Positions 48,350 through 58,000 of a stretch of 61,529 nt of DNA are shown piece after piece (the stretch's first letter is position 1; each line of letters starts with the position of its first letter). Origin of the DNA: an uncultured Gammaproteobacteria bacterium (GTDB lineage Bacteria > Patescibacteriota > Microgenomatia > UBA8517); the NCBI GenBank assembly GCA_964607795.1, contig CAZSLA010000001.1, forward strand, positions 1 to 61,529, read 5' to 3'. The position numbers were made by a program, and so were the translations under genes. The notes below the pieces were generated by a model. It ran no database searches and was not told where the DNA came from. It worked only from the letters and a program-made list of their open reading frames with translations.

Positions 48350-49990
48350 GTGAGATATATCCAAAAATTATTTATTAATCTTATTCTTTTTTCATCTTTC
48401 TTTTTCATTTTTCCTACAATTACTTACGCATCAACCTATTATGTTTCGCCCCAAGGTAATGATGCAAATAATGGCAGCGACTCTTTGCCGTTTAAGACAA
48501 TACAGAAGTGTTTAAATGCTCTTTATCCAGGCGATACGTGTCTTCTTAAAGAAGGGGAGTACAAAATGACTCAGTGGGGAGGGAATCGGTTTGTTCGCTC
48601 CGGCACGACTCAGCAGCCGATTACTGTATCAAATTATCCTAACCAGCGTGCAGTCATCCGCGGGACATACACAGGAGATCAGTACTACGGAGGAGTAGAA
48701 ACAGCAGCTTTTGACGATTGGAATGGAAAGATAGATTATGTCCGGATCATTGGTCAGGATTTGTCAGAGGCCCGTGCACTTCCAGAACCAACAAATCCTG
48801 TTATTCTTGGTCTAAAACCTTGGGAATCCACAGAGGATCGGATGAGTTCCAAAGGTATTATTTTTGTTGAACATTGGAACGGTATTATTTCTTTTAAAGA
48901 CTCGAGCCACTGGGAAGTCAGCGGAGTGGAGAGCTATGGCAATGGAGAGTTCTGCATTTACAGTAAGAACGGATCATCTGCCGAGTGGTATGTTCATGAT
49001 ATTGTTTGCCACAGAAACGATGAACACGGCATCCAACTCAACGGGGATTACAACAGGATTGAAAACAATGAAGTATACCACAGCGCAATCCATGGTAATG
49101 CTTCAGTACCCGGAGGTAATACTAATGGTGGCTTTGGTATCAGTGTATTGGGAAACCACAATATCATTAGCAAGAATATTATTCACGACATTGTCAACGG
49201 CGGGATTCTTTTTGAAGAAATTATGGGGAAAAACGCAGGGGATAATGTCGTTGAGTATAATATTCTTCACAATACGTTCTGGGGCATAACAGATATTGGC
49301 GGGGACGGAAACATCATCCGGAACAACATTATCTATAGCGATCAGCAGCGGACAGAGCGAACAGGCATCTGGATTACTCGCTATTGGGGAAATACAGATC
49401 CTAAGGATAATAAAATATACAATAACACTATTTTGGGCACCTTTTCGGATGGAGCTGTTGTACTTCAGAATGATACCAATACAGATCTTCGAAACAATAT
49501 TTTCCTGACTTGGGACGGAAAGAATACTCTTCGTGGCAGTCCCGCAATCCAATCCAACAACCTTAAATCGGGATTAATAAGTAGCGTATTTCAAGATGCG
49601 ACCACAGGCAACCTTCATTTACAGGCAAATTCTCCTGCTATTGATGTTGGAACCAGTTTAGGAACCTGTATAAATCCAGTTATGGCAGCGACGGAATTAT
49701 GTGTTTGGGATGACTATGAAGGGGTTCTCCGTCCGCAAGGTTCTGCCCCGGACATAGGAGCATATGAATATCGTATTGGAACTCCCGGCCCTACTCAGGC
49801 CCCAACATCCACTCCCACTTCAATCCCTGGTGATGCTAATTCTGACCATAAAGTTGATGAACAAGACTATGCTATCTGGCTCGACCACTATAATCAGCAA
49901 ACAGATGGCGGATCAGGTGTTGGAGACTTTGATAATAACGGTAAAGTTGACGGAATAGATTATGTTATCTGGTTAAACAATTACCAGTAG
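48350..49990 (+). CDS. secreted right-handed parallel beta-helix protein with C-terminal dockerin-like repeats
   Basis: Signal peptide; repeated N.I..N.I motifs; C-terminal GDANSDHKVDEQDY and GDFDNNGKVDGIDY calcium-binding repeats; GTG 48350 start is a guess. Confidence 0.75.
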   Translation: MRYIQKLFINLILFSSFFFIFPTITYASTYYVSPQGNDANNGSDSLPFKTIQKCLNALYPGDTCLLKEGEYKMTQWGGNRFVRSGTTQQPITVSNYPNQRAVIRGTYTGDQYYGGVETAAFDDWNGKIDYVRIIGQDLSEARALPEPTNPVILGLKPWESTEDRMSSKGIIFVEHWNGIISFKDSSHWEVSGVESYGNGEFCIYSKNGSSAEWYVHDIVCHRNDEHGIQLNGDYNRIENNEVYHSAIHGNASVPGGNTNGGFGISVLGNHNIISKNIIHDIVNGGILFEEIMGKNAGDNVVEYNILHNTFWGITDIGGDGNIIRNNIIYSDQQRTERTGIWITRYWGNTDPKDNKIYNNTILGTFSDGAVVLQNDTNTDLRNNIFLTWDGKNTLRGSPAIQSNNLKSGLISSVFQDATTGNLHLQANSPAIDVGTSLGTCINPVMAATELCVWDDYEGVLRPQGSAPDIGAYEYRIGTPGPTQAPTSTPTSIPGDANSDHKVDEQDYAIWLDHYNQQTDGGSGVGDFDNNGKVDGIDYVIWLNNYQ

Positions 49991-50003
49991 GATATTGCTA
50001 ATA

Positions 50004-53000
50004 TCATGGGCTACCTTCATCCGGGCCAAATCTTACCGCACCTTGGTTTATCACCTTCCTAATTTGGGTGGGGGAGAGGGCATAATTATAAATCCTTACA
50101 TCATCGATATTTCCCTCCATATATCCCACACCCTCAATTCTCCCGATATCTAGATCAGTGGCATTTAAGCCCGCTGTTGTAGTTACTGCCACATGCTGCC
50201 ATGAACCGGTAGCTAAAGTTGTTGTTAGCTTTCCGTTTACATAAATTGTTTCTGTCCCAAAACCGTTTGCTGTTACTGTTCCGTTGTTTACCCACACATA
50301 ATCGGTTCCATTTAAATCAATAAAATATTCTGTAGATGTTGTTGGTTTAACCCAGAAAGAAACAGTAGATACAATAGAGGGGCCGCTCCCTACATCTACA
50401 AAATCATTCGTTCCATCAAAACCAAGACTTCCATTAAATTTTCCCGTTGTCCCGTCATTCCACATCTCAGTGGCGTCTCCGCTGTTGCATGTTCCTACGG
50501 TGTCATTATCACCTGAAGTATCACCTGGAATTATTGTTCCATTATAACCGTTTCCTGAGGAATCGTATGCCGTTGTACCTTGACATTCATCAAAGAGATA
50601 GTGTGCAATCGGTTTGCCGCGATTGTAATCGTAGGCGATCTGGGCGGGAGTACGGGCATAGTTGTAAATTTTGACTTCATCAATGAGCCCGTTAAAGCGA
50701 TATGCTCCACCGTAGAGATTAGCAATAGCAAGTCTTGAATCATTGGTTCCGATGGCAGTAGAATAATCTCCTGATGCCACAAGGGTGCCGTTGACATAAA
50801 TTTTAACTTCGTCAGTTCCACCTGCATTTTTGTCATAAGTGAAGGCAACATGAGCCCATTTATTATTGGAAAAAACATCATCTGAAGTATACGCGCGTTC
50901 GGCGTTATTGATCCAAACGCTTAGGTTGTTTGTCCCCGTTCCTCTAGAAGAGAATGTCCAGGCTGTTTGATAGCTTTTATCAACAATACGGGTATACTTT
51001 CCTTGATTTGCTCTGGATTTTATCCATGCCTCAACCGTGATGGCGTCAGTAATATCCAGAACAGAACCAGTTGTGTCCTGATACCATGCATATTCGGAAG
51101 TTCCGTCAAAATCAAGACAGCTGCCAAATTTACACGGAACCCAGTCTGAATTATCAATATAAACTAAAGTCATGTTAAGTCCATTGCCTGAGTGGTCGTA
51201 AGTATATGAGGAACCTGTGTTTTCATCCATAGGATAATAAGCCACAGGTGGGTTCCCAGCTCCATCTGTTAAATTATTCGCCTCATTTTGGCCGGTGCCT
51301 AAGTTTATGGCTGAACCTGCGTTCATATCTATTTTAATTTGGTCTTCTGTCAGTGCAGAGGAGTAGATTTTGACTTCATCGATATAACCGGCGAAGGCAG
51401 TGTTAGTAGCGACAGTATCATCAGCATCATATTCACCAACAGTAAAATCACTTGCTTTATCCTCAAGCCCGAGAAAAGATCCATTGGTACTATTTTGTCC
51501 TACAAATTTCCCATCAACATACAATTTTAAATCTCCCATTGCTCCCGCAGTCCCGCCATTAAAGGTAAAAGCCACATGATACCAGGTATTTTGTGATATC
51601 TGATCATTTGCTTGGGAGGCAGTAATGGCTTGTGAAGCGGACTCATCATATATCTGTACTCCAAAATTACCTGTTGTATCAGCATCATCATTCTCCAGAT
51701 ATAATCTGTAATTTGCCATGTTATTTGTATCATCCCATTTGGCGATAATAGCATCTTTTTCGGAAGAACCAGGCATGGTAGTAACATATACCCACGCACT
51801 ACCTGAAAAAGGCTCATTCCCATTAAAATCAACCTCACTATCATTTGCTGTTGCTATGCTTACTTCTTCTCCTGCAGCATCCCACAATAAACATCCATTA
51901 ACTTTACACTTAGATTCAGTTTTCCAAGTTAAGTTACTATCTACTATTCCATTTTCGTTTCCAATAGAATCATATGCTGTTGTTCCATACTGTTCATCAA
52001 ATTTCCAGTATAGTACTTGGCTACCTATTGGGGAACCTCCTGTTGGGTGGCCGGCGTTCATGTCTTCAACAATTTGCTGTGGAGTGCGGGCATAGTTATA
52101 TATTTTAAATTCATCAATATAGCCGTCAAAACGGTTTGCAGAGCCGCCACCAACCAAAATATTGTCTGTATCAGTATTGGGGGAACCGTCACCGGCTGTG
52201 CTTGATCCTCTATTGATTCCATTTATCCACAAAGTTAGCTCGTCATCGTCATCATCTTCATAGGTCATGCAGATATGGTTCCATGTATTGACAGGAATTG
52301 CGTTTGAAACAACCAGGCTAGCATCAGTAGCCGCCAGATCAATTGTTCCTTGAATATCAAGATAGCCCATTTGTTGTTTGAGATTTTGAGTTTGTATATA
52401 GATCTCCGAGCCTTTCCTGAATACTTGTCCATAACCATTCTGTCCATCAGATCGAGCATAAATCCAAGCACAATATGTAACGGCATTTTTCAGGCCCTCG
52501 TTCATATCAATAAGACTGGTATTTGTTATGGTGGCATAATTTTCAGATGCATCGAAGTTTAATGCGCTGCCGAATCTTCCGGGAACCCAGTCGTTTTGGG
52601 TTATGCTAGTAAGTGTGGCATTAAGCCCATTACCAGATTTGTCGTAAGAAGTTGAAGTGCCAGAATTTTCATCGAATGGAAGGTGGAGTACTGGTCCTGG
52701 AGCCCAATTATAAAGATCCTTAACCTCTTTTTCTGATAGGGCACGGTTGTAGATACGGACTTCGTCAACGTTGCCTTTAAGGCTCTCATCTGGTCTGCCC
52801 CCAATTTTTATAGTTTCTCCTGTACTAACATTTCTAGTGGTGGTACCCTTGCCCATCTGTTGGCCATCTAGAAATATTATTACTGCATTACCATCATGCG
52901 TAACTGTTACCAAATGCCATCGATTTTCTCCAACTATCGCTGGTGTAGATATATAAGGGCCATTATGATATATCCACTCAAATTTGTTCTGAGAGCCTGC

Positions 53001-54590
53001 GTTCCAATAATAATATAAATCCCATCTATCACCTGCCCCGGAATAACCTGAAACAATTGGTTGATATCTTTTTGTTAAATCTGAAATTTTTACCCAAGCA
53101 GATACAGTTATCGGTGTAGAAAGATTATTAGTGCTTAAGGGGGTATTGACATAATGCTGGTTTCCATCAAAAATTCCGCCATTGCTAAATTTACCTGCAC
53201 CGGTAGTGGGTACGCTGCATCCTACTCCATAACACGAGGCAGTCCCGTTATGCTCATTCCCAGAGGCATCTTTGACTTCTCCGGCTGCACCGGTCCAGCT
53301 TGTTTCATCCATCTTCCAATATCCAACTAATCCTTCTGATAAATATTTCTGTGTTTTTACCCCCAAAACTTCAGCATAAAAGTTATAATCAACCTTCACT
53401 TGAGTCGCCGAGCGGGCATAAGCGTAAATCCTAACTTCATCAAAGAAACCTTCGTATTGTTGAGCCGCACCATTTCGAGTGCCTAGGTGAACATCAATCG
53501 AATTTTTAGTTGACCCAGTTAAAGTGTTCTGAGTGATGGTAATAGCTTGTTCTTCCGCGTCGAAATAAACCTTGACTCCCGAAGCATTTCCAGAACCATC
53601 ATAGGTAACCACAAGATGGTGCCACTGGTTATTAGCATAATCCAAACCGTTGCTTGTGCGAATTTCAATAGTATTCGATCCATAAGTATTAACTAGTTGA
53701 AAATAAATGTAATCACCTGAACCTGTTTGAATATTCCAGCCTTCGTATGGGGATGAACTATTTTGTTTTGAAACTAAAGTATAAATACCGGCATGAGGAA
53801 CCTTCATCCATAAACTAACCGAAAAAGCATCAGTACGATCAAAATCTAGATAATCCCGATCGCCAAAATTAATTGTATCTCCCTGGTCAAACCACAAACA
53901 TTTTCCTGACAGACAAAGCTCTTCAGTTTTCCAGTCAGCATTGCTTTTTGCTCCATCATTTCCATTTTGAGTTGAATCACACACATCATTACTTCCTCCT
54001 GGGCATGTATCATCTACTCCTTCATCCAACTTCCACCAGGCAATAGGCCCTGGAGCATTTTCTTCACTTCCCATGCTCCCGATAGTGTAATTACTAGCTT
54101 CAGTTGCAAATCCAGAAGAATTAAAGCCGTTGGGAGCGCTGGAATTGCCATAATACATATAAATTACTTGTGTACCCGCCGGAAAAGTATCAAAAAAAAC
54201 ATCAATATCAGTATAAGAAGTTCCACAGCCTAAATTAATATATGGATTAATATAATAGGGGAGAAGTTCCCCATTTTGTTTAGTAAAACGTATATCTCCA
54301 CAATCTACCTGAAATTTGCCAGATGCCGAGGTATCTAAATATGGTCGGCCGCCAGCTCCATCAAAAGCAATATAAACATTATTCTCTGCTGTTGTGTTAT
54401 TAGTAACCAGTATCTTTTTTCTATACATCCAGCTATCATTCCACCACTCAGCCTCAGCTCCGCCCGGTTTGTAAAGCATAATTAAAGCAATCGGCGCAAG
54501 CACGGCAATTACGCCAAGGGCAATCCATGTTCGCAATTTGATTTTTGACATAAGACGATAGATGTTAGATTTTAGAGATTGCATACTCAT
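50004..54590 (-). CDS. giant surface protein: TM anchor + DUF2341-like module + ~7 LamG/concanavalin-like repeats (1528 aa)
   Basis: WWNDSWMYRKKI...CGDIRFTKQNGELLPYY N-module; repeated units ending DEV[RK]IYN.A[LR][ST]; paralog of 55051-59076. Confidence 0.85.
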   Translation of the reverse strand: MSMQSLKSNIYRLMSKIKLRTWIALGVIAVLAPIALIMLYKPGGAEAEWWNDSWMYRKKILVTNNTTAENNVYIAFDGAGGRPYLDTSASGKFQVDCGDIRFTKQNGELLPYYINPYINLGCGTSYTDIDVFFDTFPAGTQVIYMYYGNSSAPNGFNSSGFATEASNYTIGSMGSEENAPGPIAWWKLDEGVDDTCPGGSNDVCDSTQNGNDGAKSNADWKTEELCLSGKCLWFDQGDTINFGDRDYLDFDRTDAFSVSLWMKVPHAGIYTLVSKQNSSSPYEGWNIQTGSGDYIYFQLVNTYGSNTIEIRTSNGLDYANNQWHHLVVTYDGSGNASGVKVYFDAEEQAITITQNTLTGSTKNSIDVHLGTRNGAAQQYEGFFDEVRIYAYARSATQVKVDYNFYAEVLGVKTQKYLSEGLVGYWKMDETSWTGAAGEVKDASGNEHNGTASCYGVGCSVPTTGAGKFSNGGIFDGNQHYVNTPLSTNNLSTPITVSAWVKISDLTKRYQPIVSGYSGAGDRWDLYYYWNAGSQNKFEWIYHNGPYISTPAIVGENRWHLVTVTHDGNAVIIFLDGQQMGKGTTTRNVSTGETIKIGGRPDESLKGNVDEVRIYNRALSEKEVKDLYNWAPGPVLHLPFDENSGTSTSYDKSGNGLNATLTSITQNDWVPGRFGSALNFDASENYATITNTSLIDMNEGLKNAVTYCAWIYARSDGQNGYGQVFRKGSEIYIQTQNLKQQMGYLDIQGTIDLAATDASLVVSNAIPVNTWNHICMTYEDDDDDELTLWINGINRGSSTAGDGSPNTDTDNILVGGGSANRFDGYIDEFKIYNYARTPQQIVEDMNAGHPTGGSPIGSQVLYWKFDEQYGTTAYDSIGNENGIVDSNLTWKTESKCKVNGCLLWDAAGEEVSIATANDSEVDFNGNEPFSGSAWVYVTTMPGSSEKDAIIAKWDDTNNMANYRLYLENDDADTTGNFGVQIYDESASQAITASQANDQISQNTWYHVAFTFNGGTAGAMGDLKLYVDGKFVGQNSTNGSFLGLEDKASDFTVGEYDADDTVATNTAFAGYIDEVKIYSSALTEDQIKIDMNAGSAINLGTGQNEANNLTDGAGNPPVAYYPMDENTGSSYTYDHSGNGLNMTLVYIDNSDWVPCKFGSCLDFDGTSEYAWYQDTTGSVLDITDAITVEAWIKSRANQGKYTRIVDKSYQTAWTFSSRGTGTNNLSVWINNAERAYTSDDVFSNNKWAHVAFTYDKNAGGTDEVKIYVNGTLVASGDYSTAIGTNDSRLAIANLYGGAYRFNGLIDEVKIYNYARTPAQIAYDYNRGKPIAHYLFDECQGTTAYDSSGNGYNGTIIPGDTSGDNDTVGTCNSGDATEMWNDGTTGKFNGSLGFDGTNDFVDVGSGPSIVSTVSFWVKPTTSTEYFIDLNGTDYVWVNNGTVTANGFGTETIYVNGKLTTTLATGSWQHVAVTTTAGLNATDLDIGRIEGVGYMEGNIDDVRIYNYALSPTQIRKVINQGAVRFGPDEGSP

Positions 54591-54617
54591 AATTTACAAT
54601 TTCCAATTATCAATTTT
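54591..54617. repeat. left arm of imperfect inverted repeat bracketing the four-helix-bundle gene
   Basis: aatttacaatttccaattatcaatttt; 22/27 complementary to 55018-55044. Confidence 0.8.
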
Positions 54618-54643
54618 CAGTGTATGGATTAATTTCATAATTC

Positions 54644-55015
54644 TCAATGTTTATTTCTAGATGACCTAGAAATTTTTGAAAATATCAACAAAAGTTCTTG
54701 TGTTTCTTGCCAAAGTTCTTTGATTTGCTCTTTCTTTTCGGGGTTTGCCCTGGCCAGAAGCCTCAACCAATGTTTAGCTTCCTTGGTTTCTTTTTTGCAA
54801 ATTCCTATTTTGTGTATAAAATCTCTCTTGCTTTCAGATTCATTAGCCTCGCAGTAATTTACCCCCATTGACCCGTCGGATCCAACAAGTTGGTCAATTA
54901 TTCTTTTATTAAAAGCAGTTATTTTTATGGGTTTGACCAGGTCGATAATTGCCTCAGCTAATTTTGCAGTTCTTTCTTCTAGGTCAAATTGGTAATTTTT
55001 TAATTGATTATTCAT
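54644..55015 (-). CDS. four-helix-bundle protein (23S rRNA intervening-sequence protein family, Avd-like fold)
   Basis: IIDQLVGSDGSMGVNYCEANESESKRDFIHKIGICKKETKEAKHWLRLL matches the family pattern Q..RS..S...N..EA....S..DF..K......E..E...WL. Confidence 0.8.
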   Translation of the reverse strand: MNNQLKNYQFDLEERTAKLAEAIIDLVKPIKITAFNKRIIDQLVGSDGSMGVNYCEANESESKRDFIHKIGICKKETKEAKHWLRLLARANPEKKEQIKELWQETQELLLIFSKISRSSRNKH

Positions 55016-55017
55016 TG

Positions 55018-55044
55018 AAAATTGGTCTTTGTAAATTGGAAATT
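55018..55044. repeat. right arm of imperfect inverted repeat bracketing the four-helix-bundle gene
   Basis: aaaattggtctttgtaaattggaaatt; contains the 13-mer ttgtaaattggaa identical to 12057-12069 in the 23S helix-25 IVS. Confidence 0.8.
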
Positions 55045-55050
55045 ATTACT

Positions 55051-58000
55051 TTACTCTCCAAACCTCACCACCACCCCGCCATTAAATAATTTTTTCACCT
55101 GGGTAGAGGATAGGGCATAGTTAAAAATTCTAACATCATCAATCTGGCCAGAATAATAATTAGTGCTAATGCGGCCAATACTCATATCATTTGCTGTGAT
55201 TGCGCTGCCACTGACTACTACCACATGATGCCAATTGTTGTCTGGGAAACTTGTTGTTGCCTTACCGTCAATGTATACCGTTTCCGTACCAAAACCTCCG
55301 ATGCTCATAGTGCCACCAGACATTGCTACTGTGTCGCTGGATGATAACTGTAGAAAACTTTCAGAGGAGCCGTTGGGTTTTGCCCAAAAACTTACAGTAT
55401 AAATATCGCTTCGTGTGATGTTTCCGATATCTACATAATCCCCATCTCCATCAAAATTCAAACTCGCTCCATATTTCCCGGCAGCGCCGGAGCCCCAGGC
55501 GGAATTTGCAGTATTGCACGTTCCAACTCCCGCACTGTTTCCACCAACTGTTGTTACGATTAAGGTTCCATTGTTTCCGTTTTTGGATGAATCATGGATT
55601 GTCGTTCCTTCGCACGCATCAAACTTCCAGTGCGCCACCGGTGCACCGCGATTGTAGTCATAGGCGATTTGGGCAGGCGTACGGGCGTAGTCGTAGATGC
55701 GGACGTGGTCGATTTGGCCCGAAAAAGGCTGAAACAATCCAACATTATCTGAAGCTGTGTATGAACCAATTCTGAAAGGGTTACTAGATTGGAAATCTTG
55801 CCCGTTCCAGATAGAAATACTTGCTGAGGCGTCAAATTTTCCATCCACATAAATTGATGCAGCGCCATCTCGATCAATTGTTGCAACAATATAATGCCAC
55901 TGATCATCTGCCACATTTGCAACTCCTTGAATGATTACGTCGCTCCCCCCGCTACCCCTAATGAAAATTTTTGCTTGACCCATGTTGGTGGCGATGCCAT
56001 ATCGAAAATTTGTATTTGAGGCCCTTGCTTTGCTTAGGGCGTACTGTTGACTGCCAGACACTGTTGTTTTTAGCCAAAGCGATATAGTCATATCCTTTGT
56101 TCCCATGTCCAGGATATCGCCGTATTCCGTGTAATCATCCACCCCATCAAACTCCAAACACGCCCCCTGTTTACATCCCGATTTCCAGGTCGCGCCGTTG
56201 ACGGTGCCGTCGTTGGCATTGCCGCTGGAGTCGTAGGCAAGCGTGTCCTGCTTCTCGTCAAACTTCCACTCGGCAATCGGCGGAGCGCCCGCGCCGTCGG
56301 CGAGCTCGTCGGCTTCGTCGCTTCCGCCAAAAGACATCGTAGTTTTCGGTACGGGGTTCTCCACACTTTCTATCGGATGCCCAGCGTTCATATCCTCAAT
56401 AACTTGTGCTTGCGTCCGGGCATAGTTATAGATTTTGACTTCATCAATGATGCCATTTAACGTTCTGCTCCCAGCATTACCTCCTATCCAGAAGTGGACT
56501 TTTGGACTTGCAGTACCGGTCGTAGTACTACTATTTACTCCATGTAATATGCCATCAACATAAAATTTTGTGTTAGCAAAATCAACCTCATTTTGGGAAG
56601 TTCCTACCACTGCATATGCTAGGTGATGCCATTGGCCATCATTTACATTGATAGGAGTACTGGCATAATTAATGCCGTATAATTTACCTGCAATTACTCC
56701 AGGATTACTAGAATTCCAACCAGGGTGGATAGTACCATAGTCTCCTGTCACAAAAGAAGCTAAAACATTGAAAGCAACTTTTCTGATTTTTACCCAAGCC
56801 TCAAACGTATAAGTATTAGGCTGTAAGACAGTTGAAGTGCCGGCATTAATGTAATCATCAACTCCGTCAAATTCACATGCTTTCCCAATTTTTCCAACCA
56901 CACTACAATTCATCCCTGTGTTATTACCCCCATCAATGGTAGAGCCATTATTTCCATATCCGGATAAATCATGAATTGTTTTCGCGTCTCCACTTACACC
57001 TTCATCCATAGGCCAATACCCCACCGGCCCAGGTGCCCAATTATACAAAGCTTTTACTTCATCAACCGAAAGTGCACGGTTATATATGCGTGCTTCATCC
57101 ATTTTGCCATAAAAATAGTCTTCGTCGGCATTGTTGCGTCTGCCAATAAATAAGTTGGTATTGGTTTTTTGAAGAGGTCCAAGATTTGCATCATAAGTAC
57201 ATTTTTCTTGACCATTAACATAACCCTTCATGGTTTTTTGATCATAAGTAATAGTAAAAAGATTCCATTGATCTAGCAAAGAACCTGATATAACACAATT
57301 GGTAGTTCCTGAGGCAGTTCCTGATTCATTCCAAATTTCATACCGCCATGAAGTAGCTGAATTATTGCTTCGTCTCAAACGGAAATTACATCCGTTGGCT
57401 GAACAGTTATAAGAGAGGAGACCTTCATCATCTTCATATGCTGCTTGGGTGGGGTAATAAACCCATACTGAAGCCGTAAAAGAATCCAAATTACCGGGAT
57501 ATAAAGTAGATATATAATCATTGTCACTACCAAAAGCTATACCGGAACCAAACTTTCCACCCACCTGGTGTCTAATTTCATAGGCACAATTGTCGGGTGC
57601 TTGGGCTAGGGCAGTACTCACGGTAATAGTTTTTGTAGCTCCGGTGTAGTCAGAAATAACTCTCTCTGTCCCACTAATAATAGATCCACAAGCACCAGTA
57701 AACCGCAAAATCATCCCGTTATAGGCATCATCTGTTGTTGAAAGGCTGTCTGAGTCAGAATCAATGAGTGTCGTGGTACTATTGCCGCTCGCGTCAGAAG
57801 TCCCTGCTTCTTGGGCATTAGTCAGTGTTCCATTATTACCGTTTCCCGAAGCATCAGCTACGCTGGTTCCGGAGATCTCATCCATCTTCCAATATCCAAC
57901 TAATCCTTCTGATAAATATTCTTGTGTCTTTACTCCTAAAACCGTAGCGTATTGATTAAAATCTGCCTTTACCTGATCTGCAGTTCTGGCATATGGATAA

